A DNA stretch of 32,578 nt. It comes from a virus (taxonomy: Duplodnaviria; Caudoviricetes). The stretch spans positions 1 to 32,578 of IMG/VR virus record IMGVR_UViG_3300022178_002814. The stretch is one strand, 5' to 3'. A program made the translations under genes and the position numbers. A model generated the notes under the pieces. It saw nothing but the letters and a program-made list of their open reading frames with translations. It did not search any database and was not told the origin of the DNA. Numbering within the stretch: the stretch's first letter is position 1; the number at the start of each line of letters is the position of its first letter. This document shows positions 1 through 9,716 of the stretch, in pieces.

Positions 1-1
1 C

Positions 2-1180
2 CCCCGTAGACCTTCCTATAATCCAGACGTTGTAGCCTTGTACTGTTGTCCATGTATTATTTACCGTATCAACGCCCTGCATTGCTATGCCCACAAAGCA
101 TTGCAAAACGTATGTATTACTAATAGTAAGCCCACCAGAAAAACCAGTTAAAGCATTTAAATATATTCCATACCCTTGATGCGTAGCAACTACTGCTGAA
201 GCGTCAATATATACATTATTAAGATTACATTTTCTACTTGAAGTCCCAATCTCAATGCCGTTTGCGGTATTGTTACTTACATAAACGCCTAAATCACTAA
301 TTATGCCGCTCCATGTAGCACACAAAATAGCAGAAGCAGAACCTGTGTAGCTAATTTTTGTTTTAAACATTCCTTGCCCTCTTAATATTGCAGAGCCAGT
401 AATGTTTAGAGTTGAAGTTATCTTATAGTCTTCACCAAAAAATATAACTTCTTGTCCGTTTAGAACGCCATAATCTAATGCAGCCTGTATAGCAGCCGTA
501 TCATCCGTAACCCCATCGCCCACAGCACCAAAGTCTTTGACCGATACTGTTTCACGCAATTTGTCTTGCACGTTTGTTGGGACTGCACCTGCACCTGCTG
601 GCACGTATGTAATCTGTGACGAGTCTGCCACACCACCCGATAACTGTATAGCAGTTGAAAACTTGACTAATGCGCCAACGTGCAAGCCACTTGTAAACGT
701 AACTGTATCGCCACTAGTCTCAACGAATGAATACTGTGCGCCATCGTATTGATTAACACCATCAACGTAGACGGTTAGGCTGTTCGTGCCAGGCGAATAA
801 GTATTAGCTAAAGTAAATACCGTTTGACCCGCTGTCGCAACTTGCACTTCCTCGTTTACGGAAAAGTTCACAAACGTTGATGGCCCAGTATTGCTAGGAG
901 ATGTATATACCGTATTACCATTCTTGTCTTGCACGAGTATGCTGTACACCGCTGCGCTGATAAACAAACGAGCAGGTGTGCCAGAGTAAGCAGGATAGCC
1001 ACCAAGCGTTCTAATCGGCTGTTGCGCTATCTGTGTAAGGGTTTCATCCCAATAAGCGACTAGAGGGTTTGTTTGTGGGTTTAAGTTAGCCGCCCCAAGC
1101 CAAATGTAACCGTCTTCAAGTGGCAACCCATCTTTACCTGCAAAGGTTGGGAATGGTGGCGTGATAGATAATGCTGACAT
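2..1180 (-). CDS. Tailspike 1, 5' part (P22-like head-binding N-terminus, then pectate-lyase-like beta-helix); runs off the left edge
   Basis: Missing from the ORF track because there is no stop in the window. ATG at 1180 overlaps the upstream stop (TAATG). Reads MSALSITPPFPTFAGKDGLPLEDGYIWLG...QPIRTLGGYP...VSVKDFGAVGDGVTDDTAAIQAA, a typical tailspike/Pectate_lyase_3 start motif. Confidence 0.9.
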   Translation of the reverse strand, partial: MSALSITPPFPTFAGKDGLPLEDGYIWLGAANLNPQTNPLVAYWDETLTQIAQQPIRTLGGYPAYSGTPARLFISAAVYSILVQDKNGNTVYTSPSNTGPSTFVNFSVNEEVQVATAGQTVFTLANTYSPGTNSLTVYVDGVNQYDGAQYSFVETSGDTVTFTSGLHVGALVKFSTAIQLSGGVADSSQITYVPAGAGAVPTNVQDKLRETVSVKDFGAVGDGVTDDTAAIQAALDYGVLNGQEVIFFGEDYKITSTLNITGSAILRGQGMFKTKISYTGSASAILCATWSGIISDLGVYVSNNTANGIEIGTSSRKCNLNNVYIDASAVVATHQGYGIYLNALTGFSGGLTISNTYVLQCFVGIAMQGVDTVNNTWTTVQGYNVWIIGRSTG

Positions 1181-3525
1181 TATTCGGTCTCCGACTGTAA
1201 TTGTCGTTCAGTTTGCAATGCGCTTTGAAGCCATTTTAGCCTGAAGTCTAATGATTTAGGTAGCATAATAGCGTCTGCATATTTCTTGAATGATTGTGAC
1301 ATAGATACTCGTTTTGCGCTAGATGCTGCTAGTGTACCTTTCTCTGCGGCTTCAATCGCTAGTTTTTGGAAAGCCTCATCTGCAAACAGCGCACCAGCCG
1401 CTTTGACGGCATCTTTATTGCCTTGTGTCATAGCGTTTAAGATAACCGATGCACCACCCGCCATGATTGGCCCACCAATCGCAGCCGCACCCGTTACAGC
1501 ACCCTTACCTAGTGTGCTTTCCATAACCTTGCCGATTAAACTCTCCGCCTCTAAGCCTTCCAATAACGCTTGATTCGCTTTACCTGTCATCAAGACATTG
1601 GCACGAGCGTCTGTAATGCGCTTGGAAATCTCGTACAAGTCACGCAAGACATCTGCTGAGTCTTTACCTAGCGATTCAACAATAGCCTTGTATACAGTTG
1701 GATTGGCTCGTATCTTAGGATAGATAGATGCAAACTCAGAGAAGCCGAATGCGCCCTTCTCAGCACCCCTAGATGACCTAGTAACTGAAGCTAATGCCGT
1801 AGCAATGGTTTCCTTTTTCAAGTCCTCAGGAACGATTTTAAGCAGTCTTGTAAACTCGGCTGAATCACCCTTAGATGCGCTATTGATAGCAGTTCTCATC
1901 TTGTTAGCAATACTGCCTTCTACGTCATTACCAAAGGCACTAACAATACGCTTGCCTAATGCACGTTCTTTTGCATAGATTAAGTTGGCAGAGCGTAGCT
2001 TCTTGCGTAACTCTTCACCGCCTAACTTTTCAACGTTAGCAAGTTGGTCTTCAGATAATGCGGCATACAGACGCTTTAAATCTGCCTCTGCCATACTTCC
2101 ATATGGTGACTCCATCTTGTTTAGGGCTTTACCGATAAGCGTTTTTTCACGCAATAATCTACCGTAAGTGACGTCACCATCTGCTAACATTTTCAGCAAT
2201 GAGCGTTCAGCACTAGACATACCTGCTTCGCCAACCTCTTTGCGAATCTCATTTAATGTCAATTGCAAGTTCTTTAAATTAACTTTAAAGGTTTTGGATA
2301 TTGCATTATTAACATCTTCATAAAGACCTTTAGCTTCTGCATTTAAGGCTAGACGAGTCTTGACTAATGAGTCTTTGATTCTTTCAGACACGACAGCAGG
2401 TGCTACCGTACCCTCTATAAAAACGGTATCAAATTGCTTAATAACGTTATCGGCTTGGTCTACTGCTTGGCTAACGGTATTGCGCCATGCGGCTTCTGCT
2501 TCACCACCTGCTCTTGAACGAGTTAAACCCGCTGCGGCTCTTATCTGTGGATTGTCACTAAACACGTCAGCAGGTAGCTCAATCTTAAGTCGTTGAGCAG
2601 CGTCTCGAGCGTCAAGGTTAATCTGCGCTAAGTCTGCTAATTCATTACGTGCGGTTGATGCGCCTAGACCTTTACCTGATGCTCGTTTTACTAAATCACC
2701 AATCTGTCTATTAACATCTTCAACTGGAATTGTTGGGGCTGTAGCAATTGGAGCTGTAGGAATTGGTTGAGTAGGTTGAACAGGTTGAATAGGCTGTGTT
2801 ATCGGTGCGACTGGTGGAGCTTCTGGTGTTGCACCCGTAAAACGTTGCACCATACGTTGAGCCGCAGGTTGAGCCGCTTGTAATGCACGAGATGCTAAAG
2901 GTACAGCGCCACCCATTGCACCCGCTGTGGCTACTTCCATAGGTGAGAACTCGCCACCAACTAATGTTTGCGTTCCTTCTATTAAAGCCTGAGTACCTGC
3001 ACCTGCACCTATTGCGCCTGGTATTGTTACAGCACGACCCGCAGGGGTAAACGCAGCCATACCAGCCACAGCTCTTGGAATATCACTTAGTTGGAAGCCA
3101 GGCTTGATAACGTATTGTTGACCATCAATAGATGATTGCAGTACATAATTACCTTTCTCATCTTGAGACACTTGCACTTCAGGAAAGTTAGACTTAATAA
3201 CTTGAACCGTCTCTTCAGGGTTACTTAAAACTGTGCCTAACCCAGACATGAAACTTTCTACGCTCAGAGTATTTAACTCAGGCATTGAAGCCCAGTCAGG
3301 CAATGTTTCCGTGGTTGGTGTAGCACGTTGAGTGCCTGTAATTTGCTCGCCAATACCTTCAAAAAAACCTAATTCAGGAGTTTGCGATGCAAGCCATTCT
3401 TCGGGTGACATAGGTTGTACAGGAGCAACAATCTCCTGAGTAGGTACAGCAGTCACTTCCCCGACTTGCACGACTGGAGTGGCTTCACCTGTTTGTTGCG
3501 ATGCTAACCATTCTTCAGGACTCAT
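1180..3525 (-). CDS. Large DNA ejection/transfer protein (P22 gp16-like position)
   Basis: 781 aa, Ala/Gly-rich helical, last of three ejection-type genes before the tailspike (synteny). Confidence 0.7.
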   Translation of the reverse strand: MSPEEWLASQQTGEATPVVQVGEVTAVPTQEIVAPVQPMSPEEWLASQTPELGFFEGIGEQITGTQRATPTTETLPDWASMPELNTLSVESFMSGLGTVLSNPEETVQVIKSNFPEVQVSQDEKGNYVLQSSIDGQQYVIKPGFQLSDIPRAVAGMAAFTPAGRAVTIPGAIGAGAGTQALIEGTQTLVGGEFSPMEVATAGAMGGAVPLASRALQAAQPAAQRMVQRFTGATPEAPPVAPITQPIQPVQPTQPIPTAPIATAPTIPVEDVNRQIGDLVKRASGKGLGASTARNELADLAQINLDARDAAQRLKIELPADVFSDNPQIRAAAGLTRSRAGGEAEAAWRNTVSQAVDQADNVIKQFDTVFIEGTVAPAVVSERIKDSLVKTRLALNAEAKGLYEDVNNAISKTFKVNLKNLQLTLNEIRKEVGEAGMSSAERSLLKMLADGDVTYGRLLREKTLIGKALNKMESPYGSMAEADLKRLYAALSEDQLANVEKLGGEELRKKLRSANLIYAKERALGKRIVSAFGNDVEGSIANKMRTAINSASKGDSAEFTRLLKIVPEDLKKETIATALASVTRSSRGAEKGAFGFSEFASIYPKIRANPTVYKAIVESLGKDSADVLRDLYEISKRITDARANVLMTGKANQALLEGLEAESLIGKVMESTLGKGAVTGAAAIGGPIMAGGASVILNAMTQGNKDAVKAAGALFADEAFQKLAIEAAEKGTLAASSAKRVSMSQSFKKYADAIMLPKSLDFRLKWLQSALQTERQLQSETE
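3384..3525 (-). repeat. Duplicated N-terminal motif MSPEEWLASQ (2 copies)
   Basis: Identical 10-aa motif at residue 1 and residue 39 of the 781-aa protein, with synonymous divergence in the DNA. Confidence 0.85.
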
Positions 3526-4937
3526 TGAACCCCCATAGCTTTTTTATAAGCGTTCCATTGTATGTCTGTATATTTTGGTGGTCTTGTATATGTTTTGCCT
3601 TGCACCGTTACAGTATTTGTCGAGTTAGTTTTTGGTGGCGTACCTGCACCTCCAGTTTGATCTGACCTTTCTAGCCAATCGCCAATAGTCCTGCCTGGCA
3701 CGGATAAGAATCTCGCTTGATCTGAAAGGTAATTGGATAATTTAAGTTGTGCATCTTTCTTGTTGGTAAGCCAATTCTTTAAGTCTTTTTCTTGCATATT
3801 GATTGGCAACGCTGTTTCTAAAGCAAGTGACAGTTCGCCTTCAGACAAAGCACCAAACGTGACAGAGCCAATAACGTCTAAACCTAATTGACGTTGAATG
3901 TTTTGCAGTTCAATTGTTGATGCCTTCCAGTTTGGAAACTTGCTTGCAATGACACCAGAGTTTGCTCCCGCATCAAGTGCGGCAATTGCTGCGTCAAGAT
4001 TTGAGATATTTTGACGAATCTTACCAACGCTTGTAAATGCTTTCTGAGCTTCAGCCTGACCTATTTCACCAGCCTTGCGAGAACCTGATCTAAGAGCTTG
4101 TATATCTGCGCCAAACTTTTCAGCATCACGCACAGCATCAACTCGCTCCTGACCAACTAACTCAACACCGTCAGCACCAATTACTCGTGTTTGACCCGAT
4201 TTAGTAACAATAACAGTAGTACCGTCTGGTTTAATTGCGCTTGATTGAACTGAGTCTGAACCTTTTATTTGGTCTTGAACCTCACGCTCTGCCTTCTTTA
4301 ATTGAGCCTGTGCTAAACGGTCAGCATACCTAGCTTTAATGGCTGCCGTTTCAGCCTCAGAAGTGGCTTTAGATAACTCAATGCGCTCTTTTGCTTGTAG
4401 AACAGGAAATTGCGTAGACTCACGACTTTCCTTAGCTATGTCACCCCATTTTTCAGGGTCAACATTAGATAAAATTAAACCAAGCTGACTTTGTACAATT
4501 TTAGGGTCAGCGTCTAACGTGGTTAGCATTGCTTTATATTTATCTGTTGGCTGTCCTGAGTTCTCAGCGGCTATGATTTGCTTGTTGATTAAATCTTTAG
4601 CAACATCAACATTACCCGAGCCAAGTGCGTTAAAGGCTTGTGACCCAATCAAAAACTCATTGTTTTGTTGGTCTTTGCTCAACGTTTCCCATGATTGCTT
4701 AAACGCTTCACGCTGTTGAGGATACTTTAAAGTCAATTCCGCAAACCCTTTAGCTGTTGGGTTTTGCAAAGCATTTTGTAAATCTGTTGAATATTGCTTT
4801 CTTAATTCGATTGCATCACGCTCGGCAATTGCGGCATCTATTGCTTGTCTTGCTAATGCTCCTGCTTGCAAACCTTCAGCAAATGGACTGGCAGACTGCT
4901 GACCATATACGCCCATGTAGTTAATTGGTGCGACCAT
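3522..4937 (-). CDS. DNA ejection/transfer protein (P22 gp20-like position)
   Basis: 471 aa, coiled-coil rich, middle gene of the ejection trio. Confidence 0.65.
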   Translation of the reverse strand: MVAPINYMGVYGQQSASPFAEGLQAGALARQAIDAAIAERDAIELRKQYSTDLQNALQNPTAKGFAELTLKYPQQREAFKQSWETLSKDQQNNEFLIGSQAFNALGSGNVDVAKDLINKQIIAAENSGQPTDKYKAMLTTLDADPKIVQSQLGLILSNVDPEKWGDIAKESRESTQFPVLQAKERIELSKATSEAETAAIKARYADRLAQAQLKKAEREVQDQIKGSDSVQSSAIKPDGTTVIVTKSGQTRVIGADGVELVGQERVDAVRDAEKFGADIQALRSGSRKAGEIGQAEAQKAFTSVGKIRQNISNLDAAIAALDAGANSGVIASKFPNWKASTIELQNIQRQLGLDVIGSVTFGALSEGELSLALETALPINMQEKDLKNWLTNKKDAQLKLSNYLSDQARFLSVPGRTIGDWLERSDQTGGAGTPPKTNSTNTVTVQGKTYTRPPKYTDIQWNAYKKAMGVQ

Positions 4938-4949
4938 TTTTATGTTTCC

Positions 4950-5681
4950 TTAAAACCCGAATGCAGTTTTGATCTTAGGTATACCGCCAACGCCAATAAA
5001 CTGACCTAAGCCACCAGAAAGAGCACCAAAGTTTGCTCCTGCTTGTTGACCAGCTGCGACTTGACCGCCAGAAATAGCTGCGCCTTGTTGTCCTAACAAA
5101 CCCGCAATAGATGAGGCTGATTCTAAACCTGCCGCACCTGTTCCTGCCGCAGATGCTTGACCTGTACGAATAAGATTTTGCGTAGTCGCTGCGCCAACGT
5201 CAGATAGTCCACCGAGTCTACTATATTGTTGATTGATTAACGATTGCAATAACTCAGGTCTAAATTGTGCTAATGCCGCCTGTACATTGCCACCACGCAA
5301 GCCGCCTGTAGCAGATGCGTTTTGCAACATTGCCTCTTCACCTTGCCGAGCTAGTGCTTGAAACTCTGAGCCTGATTCAATACCTTGTATAGCTTGGGCT
5401 TGGGCTTCTGGGCCTGATAGTCCAAGCAATGCTGATTGCTGTCCTAGTGCCGTTTCACCTGCTTGCATATAGGGTTGAATGCCAGGCAACGCAGCTGTGC
5501 CAGCCTCAACGTAAGGTGACATCAACGCAACCATCGCATCAAACTGACGCCTTTGTTCGTCTATACCTGCTTGAGATGCTTGTGCTTGCGTAGCCGCTGC
5601 GTTTTGCGCTGCGCTTGCCGCTTGCTTAGTTCCCGTGATGCTACCTACAACATTTTGAATAGTGTCTGTTACGAAACTCAT
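4950..5681 (-). CDS. Small DNA ejection protein (P22 gp7-like)
   Basis: Ala/Gly/Gln-rich, with PYVEAG and NASATGGLRGGN motifs typical of gp7-like pilot proteins; follows the GNAT gene. Confidence 0.8.
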   Translation of the reverse strand: MSFVTDTIQNVVGSITGTKQAASAAQNAAATQAQASQAGIDEQRRQFDAMVALMSPYVEAGTAALPGIQPYMQAGETALGQQSALLGLSGPEAQAQAIQGIESGSEFQALARQGEEAMLQNASATGGLRGGNVQAALAQFRPELLQSLINQQYSRLGGLSDVGAATTQNLIRTGQASAAGTGAAGLESASSIAGLLGQQGAAISGGQVAAGQQAGANFGALSGGLGQFIGVGGIPKIKTAFGF

Positions 5682-6139
5682 AGTAGTACCCAGTCCTTTC
5701 TAGTCATTCCTAGAATATATACGTCTTTCAAGATACCACCTTGCATACAAGCATCTTTGCGACAACCTTCATTTTTAAACCCAAGTTTTAAACAATAGTT
5801 CTTAGCCGTCTCAAGACCCGCAATAATGTATGCCGTAACCCGTTGAATAGACTCGTGGCTAAATGCCCACTCTAAAAACTTGCAACCTAGTTCACGAGAG
5901 TAAGGTAATGATGACTTTTTAAGCAATGAGTGAAGCTCTAATTCCAACGTAGAAAATTGAATCGCCATAAATGCGCCCGCAAACTTGTTATCTATCCATG
6001 CAGACAAGTATGTAACTTGCGGATTGATAATAGGCGTAGCTCGTCTGTGATCGTGACCTATCTTATTAATATAAGGGTCAGCATATACCTCGAGCAATTG
6101 CTCGTCTGATATATATTCTGTTACACAAACGCTAGGCAT
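5678..6139 (-). CDS. GNAT acetyltransferase-fold virion assembly protein (P22 gp14-like)
   Basis: Contains ELHS...AKNYCLKLGFKNEGCRKDA. Start moved to ATG 6139 because GGAG lies just upstream; sits before the gp7-like gene. Confidence 0.8.
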   Translation of the reverse strand: MPSVCVTEYISDEQLLEVYADPYINKIGHDHRRATPIINPQVTYLSAWIDNKFAGAFMAIQFSTLELELHSLLKKSSLPYSRELGCKFLEWAFSHESIQRVTAYIIAGLETAKNYCLKLGFKNEGCRKDACMQGGILKDVYILGMTRKDWVLL

Positions 6140-6197
6140 CACATCTCCATAATTGGGAATTGTGAGCTGCTGGCGGCTCGATAACCTCAGACACCCT

Positions 6198-6225
6198 ATT
6201 TTATCGCAACTCACCACTCTGTCAA
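6198..6225 (-). promoter_or_regulatory. Sigma70-like promoter TTGACA-N16-TAAAAT upstream of the GNAT/ejection genes
   Basis: Perfect -35 (6225-6220) and 5/6 -10 (6203-6198) in an intergenic gap. Confidence 0.6.
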
Positions 6226-6620
6226 TCTATTTCACACTCTCGCTCTTCCCACGCTTGGCATGAGCGTAAATCGTGGCAGATAAAATCAAACTTATTACAG
6301 TACCCACGAAACCCTGCATTTGTATCCCAATCGTTACGTGGTATCTTTTCCATCTTGGCTTGAGTCATCGTGCTGTTGTCGTAATACTCACAGTTTGAGC
6401 AACGTCTACGCCTAGCCTCTTTCTCATCTACCTGCATAGCTTCGCCAAGACTTACCCAATAGACTTTGTTAGCAGTAGGCTCATTTGATGGGACTTCAGG
6501 CCCGAGCTTCCATTCCTCAATCACCATCTGCGTATTCTTACGGTTTTCAGCTGTAGTGATGAACTCTTCTTCCATCGGTAGACCGATAAACCCTTTAGGC
6601 ATAATCATAAAATCTTTCAT
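6222..6620 (-). CDS. Cys-rich protein, possible HiPIP-like Fe-S or Zn binder
   Basis: CSNCEYY...GYCNKFDFICHDLRSCQAW; AAGGA RBS. Confidence 0.55.
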   Translation of the reverse strand: MKDFMIMPKGFIGLPMEEEFITTAENRKNTQMVIEEWKLGPEVPSNEPTANKVYWVSLGEAMQVDEKEARRRRCSNCEYYDNSTMTQAKMEKIPRNDWDTNAGFRGYCNKFDFICHDLRSCQAWEERECEID

Positions 6621-6629
6621 GCTAATCCT

Positions 6630-6962
6630 TTAAGTAATCTCACGCCCTGAAGAGCGAATGGTCAAAGCTGTTGCTGTGCCCGTAGTAGATATAAACCCAC
6701 TAGGTGCTAATACTTGCCCAACTATCTCGGGGAATGTGTATGTTTCATTAGGAGCAATAGCTCGAGCATCAACGATTAAGTTAGACGCACCCGCTGTGCC
6801 ACCAGAGCTGACTAGGTTAACGCTAATTACAGCGTTTGATGCACTTGTATTGGTAGCGGTAAACTTGTCTACAATCGTGGTGCAGTTGACCGCTGTGTAT
6901 TGCGTGGTCTGAGCAGCTTCCATCTCTTTAGACGGTATCAGGGGTTTTGCTGTGACTGACAT
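6630..6962 (-). CDS. Small beta-rich virion protein
   Basis: 110 aa, Thr/Ala-rich, AGGAG RBS, within the tail module. Confidence 0.65.
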   Translation of the reverse strand: MSVTAKPLIPSKEMEAAQTTQYTAVNCTTIVDKFTATNTSASNAVISVNLVSSGGTAGASNLIVDARAIAPNETYTFPEIVGQVLAPSGFISTTGTATALTIRSSGREIT

Positions 6963-6971
6963 TTGTAACTC

Positions 6972-8288
6972 CTATAATTGAATTTGGTTTACTTCTATCA
7001 CCACCGCTGGTGCGCTAGGTGCAAAGGCTGTGGCTGGGACTGCATCAATTCTGACATTGACATTGTTTGAAGCATAAACCAACTCTACGTAATCTAGTGC
7101 ATTTAATGATATAGCTTCGTTTATGCTGATTGGAGTGTATGCGCCATTGATAGATACGGTTATCAACCGTGCAGAATTCGCAATGTCAACACCGTTCTTT
7201 CTAAACCAAACCCAAATGTTTTTGTCTACCGCTGAATTACTTATGAATTGTAACGTGGCAACAAACTGATAGAGACCCGATTCAGGAACTATTAACTGTG
7301 ATGTTGTTCCACCAATGACCACGCCATTGCTGATGCGTGTTGTGTCAAATGTTATTGGATACGCTGTATCTATTACAGCTGGAGTCGTGTCAACAGTCTT
7401 GGCAAATACTCCGTAATATTGCATTTGGCTAATGGTTGGTCTAACAAATATCACGCCATCAGTCGGGTCAGATATTAAGCAAGCCGCTACCACAACCACA
7501 TTATTGGGAGCAGTCGGCTTTACGTTTGTCAAACCACCTGTAACGGTAGGTGAGGCATAAAGAATATCGCCCACACTAAAGGCACTAGTATCTAATGTTC
7601 TAACTGAACCCCAAACCGTGCAATACCCTCTATCTTGTGAGTCGGGTAAATCATGAGTCATTACGCCAAGAATATAAAGGCTAGACTGAGAACCATCTGC
7701 TAAATACGGGGCTACTCGTAACGTACCACCTGCGCCTACACCTGAAAAGCCAACAACCGTACCATTAGGTATCGTGACACCTGTATTGTTCTCTACCCTT
7801 GCGTATGTTTCCTGACCGATTTGTTGCGTCACACCATAAGCCATGCCAAGGTTTAGCGTTTCGTCTACACTATTCCATCCGAGTCTTGATATTTGGTCAG
7901 AGAATGGTGCGGTAATGTTGTAATCAATGTAATCAGTCTTGATTGAATTGTTGTTTTCAATAGTTGGAGCAGATGGTAAAAGTTGAATATTAGAGGATAA
8001 AAGTTCTAATGCTTTGGCTATACGCTCTAATGAATCTAATGCCTGAACAGCCTTTTGGTCTGCGTTACCACTATTGATAGCTGAATCTTTAGCTAATGTG
8101 ATGATTTGCGCTAGTGCGTCATTAGTATTGGCATCTGCATTACCTGCAAGTATCTCAATGCCAGGGGTGTCGCTACTAGGTGCAACTTGGTCAACAACAG
8201 CAAACAACTTTTCAAACTGTTTGATTTGTTCGTGATCGGACAGAAAGGTCGCAAGCTGATCACGGGTAAGATTAAGATTAGTAGCCAT
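6972..8288 (-). CDS. Tail needle/short fibre (gp26-like helical N-terminus, C1q/TNF-like C-terminal knob)
   Basis: Directly follows the gp10-like gene; heptad N-terminus; C-terminal IVPESGLYQF...VWFRKNG...DYVEL jelly-roll motif. Confidence 0.6.
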   Translation of the reverse strand: MATNLNLTRDQLATFLSDHEQIKQFEKLFAVVDQVAPSSDTPGIEILAGNADANTNDALAQIITLAKDSAINSGNADQKAVQALDSLERIAKALELLSSNIQLLPSAPTIENNNSIKTDYIDYNITAPFSDQISRLGWNSVDETLNLGMAYGVTQQIGQETYARVENNTGVTIPNGTVVGFSGVGAGGTLRVAPYLADGSQSSLYILGVMTHDLPDSQDRGYCTVWGSVRTLDTSAFSVGDILYASPTVTGGLTNVKPTAPNNVVVVAACLISDPTDGVIFVRPTISQMQYYGVFAKTVDTTPAVIDTAYPITFDTTRISNGVVIGGTTSQLIVPESGLYQFVATLQFISNSAVDKNIWVWFRKNGVDIANSARLITVSINGAYTPISINEAISLNALDYVELVYASNNVNVRIDAVPATAFAPSAPAVVIEVNQIQL

Positions 8289-9700
8289 TAGTAAGCCAAT
8301 GGCTCGATTTGAGCCTCTAGTCTTATAAAGGATACATGTGCATCGCTATCGCCACGGAATCGCTGTATGCGCCAATTTCTCATGTGACCTTGTTGAAACC
8401 AAGCTAAACGCTTTTGTGTGTTGCCAATTGTGCCAACCGTAATGCTACGGTTTTGACTCCAATTCTTACCATCAACCGAGTAGCTAGTATTGATCATAGG
8501 GTTAGTTCCTACGGCAACGCTACCCGTCAATGCTACTAATTCTAAACGGTTAAAGATTGCACCCTTGCCTTCGTTATACACAATCATCGTGCCGAATTCC
8601 CACCGTACTTGCTGACCCCAATTGTGACCAGTATCTTGTACGAGATAGCCAATGCTTGATGATTGCGTGTCACCTACAAGCCACTTGCCATAAGCCCATA
8701 CAAAGTTCTTAGCACGGTATTTGGAGAACCCAGAGAGGCTTGATGTCAATGTGAACCATACTTGTGAGCCTAATACTTGAGATGAAGCGTAGTCATAGAC
8801 AAGCGTTCTATCGGGCAAATGTACATATAAGTATTGATGGCTTTTATCGTTACGTGCTTCTAGCTTAACCGTTGCCAATTGCTCTTCTGTAAACTGCAAT
8901 AAGACTTCATCAATCTCTTGTGTGCTTAATTTCTGCGTAGTAGCATTAGCACCAATATAAATAGCAGGTGCATCATTGCTACCGCTACCTAAAAACGCAA
9001 TACTAGCTACAAACTCACAGCAAGCATGTGTGCCGACTACACCCTTTTGAATCTGTGCGCCATCAATACGTACAAATGGAAAGAACTGTCCACCAACGTT
9101 ATCAAACACTTCGATTGTGTTTCTGTTAAGCGCATAGACCTCATTACGCAACTTAATCAATGCGACTACAGGGTCAGGGTCAACCTCAGAGCTACCGTAC
9201 TTTAATGGGTTTACTTGTGTTGGGTCGTTTAACTCGGTCACCACTAGGTTTGCACCGTCTGTAGTCATAAAGTAACCATCTACCCATACCATGTCGAGCA
9301 CAATGCCTAAGTCAGGGTCAGTTACTTCTACTAGAGTGGAAGCTACTGGATTCCAATAGAATAGCTTTTGTGCTGACACAATGCCAAGCAAGTCAAAGCT
9401 GTAATTAAAGGTTACTTGATTGTCTTCTGTACCGCCAACATCACCGAGTATGGTAACGACACCATCTTCATCAATTGAGACTAGCTTAGTGCCCATGACT
9501 CGATAGTAGATGCCATCCCATACTACGCCACCACGGTCAATGCCAGGGCCTGTGCCATTGGCTACAATTCCGTCAGCAGGTCGCAAGAACCCTGCGCTAA
9601 TGCCCGACTCTTTAGGAACAGGCACAAGGTTGACAGGGTAACTTGTACGCAACTCTGGCGTGTTATCTGTAAAAATGCCACTAAGAATTGGAATCTGCAT
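8288..9700 (-). CDS. Tail hub / DNA stabilization protein (P22 gp10-like)
   Basis: 470 aa with PVNLVP, GIDRG, VDGYF, SSEVDPD and TIEVF motifs typical of gp10. Confidence 0.9.
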   Translation of the reverse strand: MQIPILSGIFTDNTPELRTSYPVNLVPVPKESGISAGFLRPADGIVANGTGPGIDRGGVVWDGIYYRVMGTKLVSIDEDGVVTILGDVGGTEDNQVTFNYSFDLLGIVSAQKLFYWNPVASTLVEVTDPDLGIVLDMVWVDGYFMTTDGANLVVTELNDPTQVNPLKYGSSEVDPDPVVALIKLRNEVYALNRNTIEVFDNVGGQFFPFVRIDGAQIQKGVVGTHACCEFVASIAFLGSGSNDAPAIYIGANATTQKLSTQEIDEVLLQFTEEQLATVKLEARNDKSHQYLYVHLPDRTLVYDYASSQVLGSQVWFTLTSSLSGFSKYRAKNFVWAYGKWLVGDTQSSSIGYLVQDTGHNWGQQVRWEFGTMIVYNEGKGAIFNRLELVALTGSVAVGTNPMINTSYSVDGKNWSQNRSITVGTIGNTQKRLAWFQQGHMRNWRIQRFRGDSDAHVSFIRLEAQIEPLAY

Positions 9701-9716
9701 TTATGTTACCGTTTGA

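Noticed and set aside
6140-6196. Hammerhead-like ribozyme in the GNAT leader (CTGAGG...)
   Set aside because: It lacks the CUGANGA and GAAA cores and the three stems.
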